NCBI GenBank assembly: GCA_963715335.1
Contig: CAVQRZ010000006.1
Location: 90,237-154,236 of the forward strand
Source of the DNA: an uncultured delta proteobacterium
GTDB lineage: Bacteria > Desulfobacterota > Desulfuromonadia > Desulfuromonadales > BM103
Direction of reading: 5' to 3'
Length of the DNA stretch: 64,000 nt
Part shown: in pieces, positions 37,780-47,588 of the stretch
How the letters are laid out: each line of letters opens with the position of its first letter
Numbering within the stretch: the stretch's first letter is position 1
The notes under the pieces: generated by a model
Told to the model about the DNA's origin: nothing
The model's database searches: none
What the model saw: the letters and a program-made list of their open reading frames with translations, nothing else
Made by a program: the position numbers and the translations under genes

Positions 37780-38824
37780 AAACCTCTACGCGGAGCCGCC
37801 ACCCCATTTCCTCGACGAAGAAGTCACACCTTACGAAAAGATGTTCGTCCGCAACAATGGCCTTGTGCCGGAAAAGGTCGACGCGGCGACCTGGACGCTG
37901 ACGATTGATGGCGAATCCGCCAAGAAATCGGTCTCGCTGTCGATCGACGAGTTGAAGAAGAAGTTCAAGGCCCACACCTACCATATCCAGCTCGAGTGCG
38001 GGGGTAACGGCCGCTCGGAATTCAACCCGCCCGCCAAGGGCAACCAGTGGCGCGTGGGTGCCATCTCCTGCGCAGAATGGACCGGCGCCCGGCTGCGCGA
38101 TGTTCTCGAGTATGCCGGCATCAAGGATGACGCCGTCTATATCGGCTATTATGGCGCGGACATCCACGTCAGCGGCGATCCGACAAAGGTCGTCATCTCT
38201 CGTGGGGTTCCAATGAGCAAGGCCCTGGAAGACGAATCGCTTATCGCCTGGGCGATGAACGGTGCCGAGATCCCGCTGCTGCACGGCTACCCATTGCGCC
38301 TGGTGACCGGCGGCTGGCCGGCCTCAACCAGCGGCAAATGGCTGAACCGCATTGCCATCCGCAACAAGGTCCACGACGGCCCGAAGATGACTGGCATGTC
38401 TTACCGCGTCCCGGCCTATCCGGTCGCGCCCGGCGCCAAAGTTCCGGAAGAGGACATGGCGATCATCGAGTCGATGCCGGTCAAATCCATCATCACGTCG
38501 CCGAAATCGGGAGCCCTTGCAAGCTTCGGCCAGGAGATCGAAGTGCGTGGCCATGCCTGGGCGGGAGACCTTGCCGTCAAGGCCGTGGACGTCTCCATTG
38601 ATTTCGGAGGGACCTGGCAACCATGCACCCTCAAGGCGCCGCGGAACCGGCTCGGCTGGCAGAACTGGTCGGCCAAGGTCAAATTCCCGCAGGCCGGCTA
38701 TTACGAGATATGGGCTCGTGCCACAGACGAGAAGGGCACGATGCAGCCGATGGTTGTCCCGGGTTGGAACCCGCGCGGCTACCTCAACAACGCTTGTCAT
38801 CGCGTCGCAACCAAAGTCGTGTGA
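37780..38824 (+). CDS. Sulfite oxidase family molybdoenzyme (SorA/SoxC-like), 5'-truncated
   Basis: AEPPPHFLD, FVRNNG, LECGGNGR (Mo-ligating Cys), HGYPLRL, SGKWL, WNPRGY. No Tat leader; the track start at 37718 lies inside the tRNA. Confidence 0.85.
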
Positions 38825-38841
38825 TCACGCCAGGAGGAGAC

Positions 38842-39186
38842 ATGATGAAAAGACGAATCTGGTTGTTGCCCGTTCTGCTGCTCTTGTGGTCGTTGCCGGC
38901 GTTCGCCGCTGACCAGGAGATCGACAAGGAAACCGGCCTGATCATCGCACCGGGTTTTGAAGAGGTGAAGCAAACCTGCACGGTTTGCCATTCACCGATG
39001 CTGATCACCCAGAACAAGTCGGACCGTGATGGCTGGCTGGAGATGATCCGCTGGATGCAGGACAAACAGGGACTTTGGCAGCTCGAACCGGCACTCGAGA
39101 ATACGATCCTCGACTACCTTGCCGAAAATTATGGGCCGACAGCGGTCTCCCGCAGGCCGCCGCTTGAGGTGCAGTTTCCGGAATAA
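38842..39186 (+). CDS. Monoheme cytochrome c (SorB-like partner)
   Basis: AGGAGG RBS, signal peptide, CTVCH, WLEMIRWMQ...GLW. Confidence 0.85.
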   Translation: MMKRRIWLLPVLLLLWSLPAFAADQEIDKETGLIIAPGFEEVKQTCTVCHSPMLITQNKSDRDGWLEMIRWMQDKQGLWQLEPALENTILDYLAENYGPTAVSRRPPLEVQFPE

Positions 39187-39189
39187 CAC

Positions 39190-39554
39190 TGGGTTTTTAA
39201 CGACCAGGCAACCATTGGACTAAGCTGCGTTTCTAGCTTAAGAATCAGATGAACATAAAGAATAGTGCCGAATCAGAAGAAGCCAAACAGGATGGGCAGG
39301 TAACCAATAAAAAGATGAAACAGGTGAAACGCGGTGGATTTTTCATTGCTTCCGGCTGCTGGCGAGGTGCTGCTTTCCTGCGAAAGCGCATAGCCCTCGC
39401 CTTCCGCGGTTAACTCGTCCCCTCCTGACGGATCAAGATGGCAGAGGCCACAATCCCTTGCCGTTGCTTCTGCATATTCTTAAGTTGCAGAGACAATGTT
39501 GGCAGAAAAGAGAGTGACCAGAAAGATCAGGAGTATAACTTTTCTGTCGAACAT
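39190..39554 (-). pseudogene. Truncated membrane cytochrome c gene with two in-frame stops
   Basis: GAGGTG RBS; MFDRKVILL...SAT*EYAEATARDCGLCHLDPSGG...GFF*FGTILYVHLILK; 3' end approximate. Confidence 0.7.
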
Positions 39555-39615
39555 CAGGACACCTCATTATCGGATCAAAGAGGCCGTATCAATTCCGTTT
39601 TGCAAATATTTTCGA

Positions 39616-40170
39616 TTAAGCTGCTGCTTGAGCTTCATAGCCCTCCACAAGTCGTCGGTACTTCTCTTTAAGCCCCGAAGTTTTCGCTTCTGCCTGGACA
39701 TACGCGGCCAGCATTCTGGAACGAACTTCTTCAGGGAGTACGCGCTCAGCGAGCGGATAAAGGATATCATTCTCTTTTTCGATATGACCACGTAGCAGAG
39801 CGGCATAGCCCTTGGCATTTTCTGCAATGATTGTTGCCTGACCAGTTTCTCCAACGAGAGCTTTTTGCGCTGCCTCTTCCATGTTACGCACGTATACACG
39901 GCCCTGGTCGTGCTCCATATGCATCGCCTCGATTGGCGACTGCTTCGCCGGCATGCCGTTTTTGACCAGCTCAACAAAGAGGACATCCTCTTCCTTGGCA
40001 TGGTGAAAACGGTCGGCATAGTTACGAATAAAATCTACTACATCAAGATAGAATTGCCAGTTCCGAAACTTGCCCTGCTCCAGAAGTTCCGTGTTTCTTT
40101 CGACCAGCGCTATCATACGCAGGATCAGCTTGTGCTCATCCACCATGACTTGCGTGACGTTGGTTTTCAT
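39616..40170 (-). CDS. Hemerythrin (HHE) domain protein
   Basis: EHKLI, HHAKEE, EHDQGR, HIEKEN. Confidence 0.9.
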   Translation of the reverse strand: MKTNVTQVMVDEHKLILRMIALVERNTELLEQGKFRNWQFYLDVVDFIRNYADRFHHAKEEDVLFVELVKNGMPAKQSPIEAMHMEHDQGRVYVRNMEEAAQKALVGETGQATIIAENAKGYAALLRGHIEKENDILYPLAERVLPEEVRSRMLAAYVQAEAKTSGLKEKYRRLVEGYEAQAAA

Positions 40171-40174
40171 ATCC

Positions 40175-40634
40175 TTAAGCCTTTCTTGTTCCATCAACAC
40201 CGATCACAGCAATTTCAAGAGGAACATCTTTGCCAGATTGGGCAATGGCCTGCTGTGCAAACATGGCCATGCCGCGACAGCAAGGAACTTCCATGATCGT
40301 CACGGTCACCGACTTGATGTCGTTTTGGGCAATGATCGCGGCAAGCTTTTCGACATAGGGGCTGGTGTCGTCAAGTTTCGGACAGGCATTGACCAGCACC
40401 CTGCCCTTGATGAAGTCCTTGTGAAAATCCGCGTAGGCAAAAGGCACGCAGTCTGCAGCGATCAGCAGATGTGCGTTTTGCAAGTAAGGTGCGTGAGGCG
40501 GCACCAGGTGCAACTGGGTTGGCCACTGGCGCAGTTCGGAAGGCCTGCGGTCTGTATAGGTCACGTCTTCTGTTGGCCGGCTTTTCAATGGTACGGACGT
40601 TGGCGCCCGGGCATCCACATGTGAGTGTACTCAT
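40175..40634 (-). CDS. Hcp-associated Fe-S protein, frameshifted near 40575
   Basis: CGCPG in one frame; SELRQWPTQL...AADC...CPKLD...MEVPCC in another. Confidence 0.75.
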
Positions 40635-40870
40635 GCTGCTTCTCCTTTTTTTGTATTGACCGTTTCAAGGTAATCGTTGATTTCTTTCTCGATCTGCGCT
40701 TCGACCTCGTCACCGAGGGCGTGGATTGAAACGACATCTTTCACCAAACAGATACCGACGCCGCAGGTAACGCAGCCGATATCGTACTTCTGCAGAATCT
40801 CACCGATCACGGGGTGTTCTTCGATGGTTTTGTTGATGGCTTGTTCGCCTATTCGATTATTTAAATTCAT
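40631..40870 (-). CDS. DUF1858-like redox protein
   Basis: AAGGAG RBS; IEEHP..GEIL..YDIGCVTCGVGIC...VSIH. Confidence 0.75.
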   Translation of the reverse strand: MNLNNRIGEQAINKTIEEHPVIGEILQKYDIGCVTCGVGICLVKDVVSIHALGDEVEAQIEKEINDYLETVNTKKGEAA

Positions 40871-40934
40871 GCCGAAAATCTCCTTTTCGTCTGGCTTGTT
40901 GAGTCCAGAATAAGCAAAAACCCCGATCAAAAAC

Positions 40935-40948
40935 ATGACCAGGGTCAA
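40935..40948. promoter_or_regulatory. Crp/Fnr-family (HcpR-like) site
   Basis: ATGAC-CAGG-GTCAA, at about -41.5 relative to a minus-strand -10 (TATTCT, 40912-40907). Confidence 0.65.
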
Positions 40949-40996
40949 AATACCTGACAAAAACCATCAGGGTTATTCCTTGTTTCCTTGCAAGCC

Positions 40997-41434
40997 TCAA
41001 AGAACCAGATGATCTATAATGTCTCCAGAACGAACTTCACCACCGCTAATAACCTTCGCGAACACTCCTTCTTTGGGCATAACACAATCTCCGGCTTGAT
41101 CATAAATAGCACACCGAGAATGACATTCCTTGCCTATTTGCGTAATCTCGAGAATAACTTCTCCGATTTTCAATCGTGCGCCAATCGGCAGATCAACGAG
41201 GTTAATTCCTTCAGTCGTTATATTCTCAGCAAAGTCTCCTTTATCGACATCGAGGCCCAGCGTCTGCATTTTTTGTATACTTGTCATGGCCAGCAAGCTC
41301 ACCTGTCTGTGCCAGTTGCCGGCATGAGCGTCGCCCTCGATACCGAAATCTGATTTCATTCTTATGCTGGGGACAGGAATTTTTCTCGTCCCTTTCCTCT
41401 CACTAATGCAGACAGCAACGACTTGGCCAGCCAC
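40997..41434 (-). CDS. MOSC domain protein
   Basis: GIEGDAHAG..HRQVSLL, FAENITT, ITQIGKECH, CVMPKEG; GTG start with GGAGG. Confidence 0.9.
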   Translation of the reverse strand: MAGQVVAVCISERKGTRKIPVPSIRMKSDFGIEGDAHAGNWHRQVSLLAMTSIQKMQTLGLDVDKGDFAENITTEGINLVDLPIGARLKIGEVILEITQIGKECHSRCAIYDQAGDCVMPKEGVFAKVISGGEVRSGDIIDHLVL

Positions 41435-41435
41435 G

Positions 41436-42443
41436 TCAGCCTCCGATACACGACATCTGAAATGATCCCTGGCTATCATGAAAATTATGCCGACAAGATT
41501 TCCCTTCGATCACATCTCTCAGAGCGCTACGAACAGTATCATAACCATTGGCCAAGGCGGGCTTAAGGTCAAAAGCACCATCAGACAGCAGGCAGCTTTT
41601 GACCATGCCTGTCGAGGTCACTCTGATTCGGTTACAAGAGCCACAAAAATGATCGCTCATCGGCGTTATGATGCCGACAGTCCCGACCGCGCCAGCAATC
41701 CGGTATGGCTTGGCCGGACCGCACAACCGGGTTGTCTCAAGCGGCTCTAAAGAATATTTTTGCTGTAAACTTTTAATGATCTCCGAACCCGGCAGAATTC
41801 GATTACGCCATGCTTTCTCGCGGATAGTCGGCATATATTCGATGAATCGTACTGACCAGGGCCGGGTCAGGCTTAACGCTGCGAAGTCACCAATCTCATG
41901 GTCATTGATACCACGCATGACGACCATGTTCAGCTTCAACTGTAAACCCACCCGCTCTGCTACGTCCAAACCATCGAGAACCTTCTTGAGATCGCCGCCT
42001 CGAGTAATCTCAGCATAAGTCGCCGGATGGAGAGAATCCAAGCTTACATTGAGGCGTTTAATGTTAGCAGCCTTGATCTCTGACGCCATCTCGACAAGTA
42101 ATAGACCATTGGTCGTAAGCGTGACTTCCGATAACCCCGATAACGAATTAAGTTGCCGGAGGAAACTGAGCAATCCCTTGCGAACAAGAGGCTCTCCCCC
42201 GGTTATGCGAAGTTTTTCAATGCCGAGGCTGACCGCGGCCCGGGCAATCTGCATCATCTCTTCGTATCGCAAGACCTCATTGTGACAGCGCTTTGAAATA
42301 CCTGATGAGGGCATACAATAGCAGCAGCGCAAATTACATCGATCTGTCACAGACAGTCTAAGGTAATTGACGGTTCGCCCGAAATGGTCAGCGTTGAGCC
42401 TGGGACGACTACAGGCTTCATTCTTGAACGCTTTATCTGCCAA
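41436..42443 (-). CDS. moaA: GTP 3',8-cyclase MoaA
   Basis: DRCNLRCCYC, TGGEPL, FCGSCNRIR, C-terminal IGG; start uncertain (TTG at 42443 chosen). Confidence 0.92.
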   Translation of the reverse strand: MADKAFKNEACSRPRLNADHFGRTVNYLRLSVTDRCNLRCCYCMPSSGISKRCHNEVLRYEEMMQIARAAVSLGIEKLRITGGEPLVRKGLLSFLRQLNSLSGLSEVTLTTNGLLLVEMASEIKAANIKRLNVSLDSLHPATYAEITRGGDLKKVLDGLDVAERVGLQLKLNMVVMRGINDHEIGDFAALSLTRPWSVRFIEYMPTIREKAWRNRILPGSEIIKSLQQKYSLEPLETTRLCGPAKPYRIAGAVGTVGIITPMSDHFCGSCNRIRVTSTGMVKSCLLSDGAFDLKPALANGYDTVRSALRDVIEGKSCRHNFHDSQGSFQMSCIGG

Positions 42444-42450
42444 TTTAATG

Positions 42451-42888
42451 TCACACCTTCGCAGACTCAAACTTGGCTAATTGTTCTTTCATCGCCTTTT
42501 CCTTCTGGTGGCGTTCGGTAATATCTCGCATGATCGCTGCGACACCGAGAGGCTGATTATGATCATCGACCAGCATCACGATGGAAAACTCGGTCGATAA
42601 CCTTGACCCGCTCTGATGCATGGCCGGGACCGAAAGGAGTTCCGTGCCGTAACGTGTTTCTCCCGTCGCCATGGTCTTATGATAACCCTCCCAGTGACGT
42701 TCACGAAGCTTTTCCGGGATGATCAGGTCAAGTGACTGGCCAACGGCCTGTTCGGCCGAGAAACCAAAGATTCGTTCGGCACCCTTGTTCCACAAGTGGA
42801 TGATCCCTTCGCGATCAGCAAACATAATCGCGTCCGGAGCCTGGGCGAGAATCTGCTGGCTCATGTTATTGATATCAAGAGTGTTCAT
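42451..42888 (-). CDS. Stand-alone PAS domain protein
   Basis: PDAIMFAD..G.I..WNKGAERIFG...IIPE..RERHWEGY...RDITE. Confidence 0.85.
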   Translation of the reverse strand: MNTLDINNMSQQILAQAPDAIMFADREGIIHLWNKGAERIFGFSAEQAVGQSLDLIIPEKLRERHWEGYHKTMATGETRYGTELLSVPAMHQSGSRLSTEFSIVMLVDDHNQPLGVAAIMRDITERHQKEKAMKEQLAKFESAKV

Positions 42889-43079
42889 GTGTCGTCCTTT
42901 TGTCTGAGTCTCCCCTGCTGAACAACTGGGGATACCTGGTTTCAAGATATTCCTTAAATGCTAGGGCATTATTCCAGCGGCTTTTCGAGCTGTACACGAA
43001 GGTCACTTGACGTCCCGTTAACATTTCGATCAACTGCTAACATCGCCGGGTCGTAGGCACGCTTGATCGTGATGGTCAT

Positions 43080-44684
43080 CTACGGATTTTGGATATAGGC
43101 ATTCTTCCTGGTGTAGAACCACCAGTTGAGCACCAGGCAGACGAAGTAGAACACCGCAAAGCCATAGAGGGCATACTCGGGAGTCGTTGCCTTGATCTGC
43201 TCACCAAACACCTGCGGGATGATGAAGGCCCCATAGGCCGCCACCGCTGATGTCCAGCCAAGCACCGGCCCTGCCTGCTCCTTATCAAAGATGATAGCGA
43301 TTGAACGGAAAGTCGAACCGTTGCCGACACCGGTCGCGGCGAACAGGATGATGAACAGAAGCAAAAAAGGCACGAAGTAGCTCTCGGGGGTCGCCGAACC
43401 GTAGGCCGCCTTCATGAAGTAAGCGCAGCCGAACGCCGAGACGATCATGACGATTGAGACCCACTGGGTGACGATGGCACCGCCGAGTTTGTCGGAGATC
43501 TTGCCGCCGATCGGGCGGATCAGCGCGCCGATGAAAGGGCCCATCCAGGCGAACATCAGGGCGCTCGGGCCGTTGGGGTTGGCCGTATTATGGGTCATGA
43601 CTCCGTCGACCAGGATGTGGGAAAAACCGAAGATGACCTTGATCGACAGGGCGAAGGCCGCCGAGTAGCCGATGAAGGAACCGAAGGTCATGGTGTAGAT
43701 GACCGTCATCGCCCAGGTGTGCTTGTTGTTGAAGATCCGGTACTGCCGATCGAGATTGGCGCGAAGGTTCCCCTTGGTCAGGTATTTCATGCCGAACACC
43801 GTAGCGGCGATGACCAGCGGCAAAACGATCCATTTGCTGAGCAAACCCAGGCCAACCGGCGCAGGCAACAGCAGATAAAGCCCGATGGAGGCGGTCACGA
43901 AGGCGATGGCCAGCAAACCGGTAATCTTTATAAAGCTGTGCGGCGTCGAGCCGATATCCGGGGAGACCGTCTCGGTGGTGATGTTGTTCATGCCGAAAAA
44001 ACCGGCAAACGCCAGCGGAATCAGCAACACCAGCCAGACGAAACCGGCATTGTGAATGTAGGTCTCGGTCCCTGCAGGGATCTTGCCGATCAAGGTGCCG
44101 CTGGTGTTAATCAGGGTCTGCGGGTCGCCGCCGAATATTCCCATGGTCATGACCAGCGGGATGAGGATCTGCATCGTCGTAACGCCGAAATTACCCAGGC
44201 CCGCGTTGAGGCCAAGAGAGGTTCCCTGCACCCGCTTGGGGAAGAAAAAACTGATATTCGACATCGATGAAGCAAAGTTGCCGCCGCCGATACCGGAGAA
44301 CAGGGCAAGGAAGTAGTAGACCTCGATGGGGGTCGCCTTGTTCTGCAGTGCGAACCCTGTACCGATGGCCGGGATCATCAACAGGGCGGTCGTAAAGAAA
44401 ATGGTATTACGCCCTCCGGCGATGCGGATCAGGAAGGAACTGGGAATCCTTAAGGTTGCACCAGTCAAACCCGCAATCGCCGAAAGGGTAAACAGTTGTG
44501 ATTGACTGAACGGATAACCTAGATTAATCATCTGAACGGTAATGATGCTCCAGTAGAGCCAGACAGCAAAGCCGCACAGCAGACTGGGGATCGAAATCCA
44601 GAGATTGCGGGTTGCTACTTTCTTGCCCGTCGCGTTCCAGAACTGCTCGTCTTCTACGTCCCACTTGTCTAAATTAATGGACAT
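43080..44684 (-). CDS. narK: Nitrate/nitrite MFS transporter (NarK2-like)
   Basis: WDVEDEQFW, GATLRIP, GGGNFASSM, GNGSTF. Confidence 0.93.
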   Translation of the reverse strand: MSINLDKWDVEDEQFWNATGKKVATRNLWISIPSLLCGFAVWLYWSIITVQMINLGYPFSQSQLFTLSAIAGLTGATLRIPSSFLIRIAGGRNTIFFTTALLMIPAIGTGFALQNKATPIEVYYFLALFSGIGGGNFASSMSNISFFFPKRVQGTSLGLNAGLGNFGVTTMQILIPLVMTMGIFGGDPQTLINTSGTLIGKIPAGTETYIHNAGFVWLVLLIPLAFAGFFGMNNITTETVSPDIGSTPHSFIKITGLLAIAFVTASIGLYLLLPAPVGLGLLSKWIVLPLVIAATVFGMKYLTKGNLRANLDRQYRIFNNKHTWAMTVIYTMTFGSFIGYSAAFALSIKVIFGFSHILVDGVMTHNTANPNGPSALMFAWMGPFIGALIRPIGGKISDKLGGAIVTQWVSIVMIVSAFGCAYFMKAAYGSATPESYFVPFLLLFIILFAATGVGNGSTFRSIAIIFDKEQAGPVLGWTSAVAAYGAFIIPQVFGEQIKATTPEYALYGFAVFYFVCLVLNWWFYTRKNAYIQNP

Positions 44685-46215
44685 GCCCTCTCTCCTTCGC
44701 ATCATCTTCAAGAATGGTTGATTGCTCACCTTCGATTTTCTGCATATCTTCAGGGTGCTTCTCCCGCATCATCTTCTGCACGGTGAGATGCATCCAGAGC
44801 AGGCAGACCAGCGAGAGTGCAAACATGAACATCCAGCAACTGGTCCAGAGGCCGGTCCATTCGAGCATGTAACCGAATATGATCGGGCAGAAGAACCCGC
44901 CAAGGCCCCCAAGCACGCCGACCATGCCTCCGACCACCCCCACCTCTTCGGGGAAGTAGTCCGGAATCAGTTTGTAGACGGCAGCCTTGCCGATCCCCCA
45001 GATGCTGCCGAGCAAAATGACAAAAACCGCGAAGATCCAGACATTCGCCTGGAAGAATATCCGGGTGACGCCTTTGGCAAGCAGCTCCTTCTTTTTCACC
45101 TGTTGCCCGACTTCGACCACCGGCTCCTGCCATGTCTGTTTGGTCGGGAAAATCAGCATCTGGTCGTCGGTGTAATTCTCAATTGACTCGGGTTTCTCTT
45201 TGATCGTGTACACCACCTCGCCCACCGTCACGGCGGTGCCGGTAACAGCGGTGACTGTACCGTTTCGCTTGGCCATCACACCACGCCCGGGGGAGTAAAT
45301 GTCCATCTTGGGTATGATGATCAGGAAGCTGATCAAGACCGATGCACCGAGAACCCAGTACATTACGGCACGTCCGCCGAACTTGTCGGACATCCAGCCG
45401 CCAAGGGCGCGGATCACCCCCGATGGCAAACTGAAGGCGGAGGCGAACAGGCCGGCGGTGACCAGCGGCAGGTAGTAGACATTGACAAAGTACGGCACCA
45501 GCCACTGCGAGAAAGCGACAAAGCAACCGAATACCAGGAAATAATAGAGACCGAAGCGCCACACCTTGACATCCCTGAGCGGCGTAAGCATCTGGCTGAA
45601 ACTCTTGGTCGACGATGCCGGCTTCTTGTTGTCAGCGAAGATAAAAAAGATGACGCCCATGGTCGCAAGCATGATCGCATAATAAATCGGCAGTTGCCGC
45701 CAACCTTCGAGGTTAGCACCGTTATTGGTCAGCTTGTTAAGCAGCGTTGGCGCCAGCAGGGTGGTCAACGCTGCCCCTGCGTTACCAGCGCCAAAAATGC
45801 CGAGAGCAGTACCCTGACGCTTGCGCGGATACCAGACCGAGGAGAAAGCAATCCCGATTGAAAAGCTCACACCTGCCAGGCCAAAACCAAAGCTGCAGAG
45901 CGCAAAGGTCATAAAACTGTCGGCCTTGGAGAGCAGAAACATCGGCACAGCACAGATGAACAGCAAAGAGCCGTAGACCGGCTTGCCTCCAAATTTATCA
46001 GTCAGCATCCCTGCCGGGAGACGAAAGAGCGACCCGGTCAGGACCGGGATACCCATCAGCCAGCCAATCTCGATAGGACCCCACTTGAAAACCTGATTGT
46101 CAGCCAGGAAGGTCACCAGGACACCGTTGAACATCCAGGCCGCGAAACAGACCGTGAACGCAAGGGTGTTCAGGAAAAGGACCTTGTGTGATTGTGCCGT
46201 TGCGACTTCTTGCAT
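44674..46215 (-). CDS. narK: Nitrate MFS transporter (NarK1-like) with soluble insertion
   Basis: TLAFTVCFAAW, GSLFRLP, GAGNAG, GKAAVYK. Confidence 0.9.
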   Translation of the reverse strand: MQEVATAQSHKVLFLNTLAFTVCFAAWMFNGVLVTFLADNQVFKWGPIEIGWLMGIPVLTGSLFRLPAGMLTDKFGGKPVYGSLLFICAVPMFLLSKADSFMTFALCSFGFGLAGVSFSIGIAFSSVWYPRKRQGTALGIFGAGNAGAALTTLLAPTLLNKLTNNGANLEGWRQLPIYYAIMLATMGVIFFIFADNKKPASSTKSFSQMLTPLRDVKVWRFGLYYFLVFGCFVAFSQWLVPYFVNVYYLPLVTAGLFASAFSLPSGVIRALGGWMSDKFGGRAVMYWVLGASVLISFLIIIPKMDIYSPGRGVMAKRNGTVTAVTGTAVTVGEVVYTIKEKPESIENYTDDQMLIFPTKQTWQEPVVEVGQQVKKKELLAKGVTRIFFQANVWIFAVFVILLGSIWGIGKAAVYKLIPDYFPEEVGVVGGMVGVLGGLGGFFCPIIFGYMLEWTGLWTSCWMFMFALSLVCLLWMHLTVQKMMREKHPEDMQKIEGEQSTILEDDAKERGHVH

Positions 46216-46255
46216 CTGACCTCCACAAACCAGGGATTACATCATCAGTCAATAA

Positions 46256-46933
46256 TCAGCCTACCCGGCGTGCCCGGTACCAGACCACAACCTGATAGGG
46301 CCGCGACAGATAGGTCAAAGGGACACTGACAACATGCACCAGTCTTGAAAACGGAAACAGCGCAATGATCAGGAACGCGTTGAATGCGTGCAGCTTGACG
46401 ACGGCCGGCAATGCAGCAAGATAGTGGACCTGGGGATCGAGCTTGAGCAGTGACCAGAGCCATGGTGACGCGGTGTGCAGATACCAGACGGAGCCCCAAC
46501 GCAAGGTGAACGCTATGTAGACGCCGGTTGCAACCTGGAGGACCAGAGTGACAAGAACCAGCCAATCGACAACGGTTGTCACCGCGGAGACCCGTGCATT
46601 GCCGATCCTGCGGCAGATCAGCAGGACAATCGCAATCAGGGTGCTGATCCCCAGAGCCAGGCCGGTGACCTCAAGCAGATAGAGCCGCAGGGGGTTGCCA
46701 AGCAGAACACCCCACCCGGAAGGGATCAGGAAAGCCAGAAAGTGTGCGAGCAGGATGATCAGGATGGCATAGTGCCAGGGGACCGAGCCCCAGAAGAGCA
46801 CCCGACTCTCGAGGAACTGGGACGATTGTGACGACCAGGAGTAGCGATCGACACAATAGCGGTAAAAGCCGACGCCTACCATCAAGGCGACTGCAACATA
46901 GGGAAATACGCCAAACAGTATCATGTCAGTCAT
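46256..46933 (-). CDS. narI: Respiratory nitrate reductase gamma subunit
   Basis: FPYVA, SSQSSQFLE, WHY, KLH...FPFSRLVH. Confidence 0.95.
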   Translation of the reverse strand: MTDMILFGVFPYVAVALMVGVGFYRYCVDRYSWSSQSSQFLESRVLFWGSVPWHYAILIILLAHFLAFLIPSGWGVLLGNPLRLYLLEVTGLALGISTLIAIVLLICRRIGNARVSAVTTVVDWLVLVTLVLQVATGVYIAFTLRWGSVWYLHTASPWLWSLLKLDPQVHYLAALPAVVKLHAFNAFLIIALFPFSRLVHVVSVPLTYLSRPYQVVVWYRARRVG

Positions 46934-47505
46934 GATAAACACTCCTTTTGCCGTTCTATTGACTGTTGCTCGGCATCAGACATCGCCGTCCCGATGAGAA
47001 ACCTTTGCAAAGAATCTAACAGCTCCATGTAAGGGTGGTTGTCGCTCTCAACACCTTTGGTGATTTGCTCCAGTGCCGGCAACAAACCATTACGGATAAT
47101 TTCCAGGCGACAGCCCTCATCAGAGATCGAACCGAGGAAGCGCAACACCTCAGCAAGGTGATCAGGAAGTTCATTGCCGGGGACGAAGCCATGTTCGCTG
47201 TATAGCTCCCGCAATTTGATCATGAACATGGTGCGCTGCTGGCTCTCCCCGCAAAGTTGATAGCCCACGTAAGGATGACAAAGTGATTGCAGATCGAAGG
47301 TGCCAGTAAAGGCTTCTTCGATGCGACTAATGTCGTTGATCTCGAGGAAATTGATGAAGCTCTCCAAGGGGACCGAGGCCTCGGGACTGATTTGTTTCAA
47401 GCTTGCGGAACAGGCCGTAGCCTCAGCGACGACGTTTTCGACCGGATAACTGAGCATGGTGGCAAACTGTCGACAGAGTTCCTGATGTTGTTTTAGTCCG
47501 TTCAT
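46930..47505 (-). CDS. narJ: Nitrate reductase chaperone
   Basis: LSYP, FTGTFD, ELPDHL. Confidence 0.92.
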   Translation of the reverse strand: MNGLKQHQELCRQFATMLSYPVENVVAEATACSASLKQISPEASVPLESFINFLEINDISRIEEAFTGTFDLQSLCHPYVGYQLCGESQQRTMFMIKLRELYSEHGFVPGNELPDHLAEVLRFLGSISDEGCRLEIIRNGLLPALEQITKGVESDNHPYMELLDSLQRFLIGTAMSDAEQQSIERQKECLS

Positions 47506-47588
47506 AATCTAATGCTTTCTCAAAAGACCCAATGGCTAAGTAAAAATTTTGATAGACAAGGCGGTAAATTGGACTATTTACGACGCCA

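Noticed and set aside
43000..43035. Third TTGAC-type box upstream of the PAS gene
   Set aside because: Half-site spacing is 5-6 nt, not 4, with mismatches
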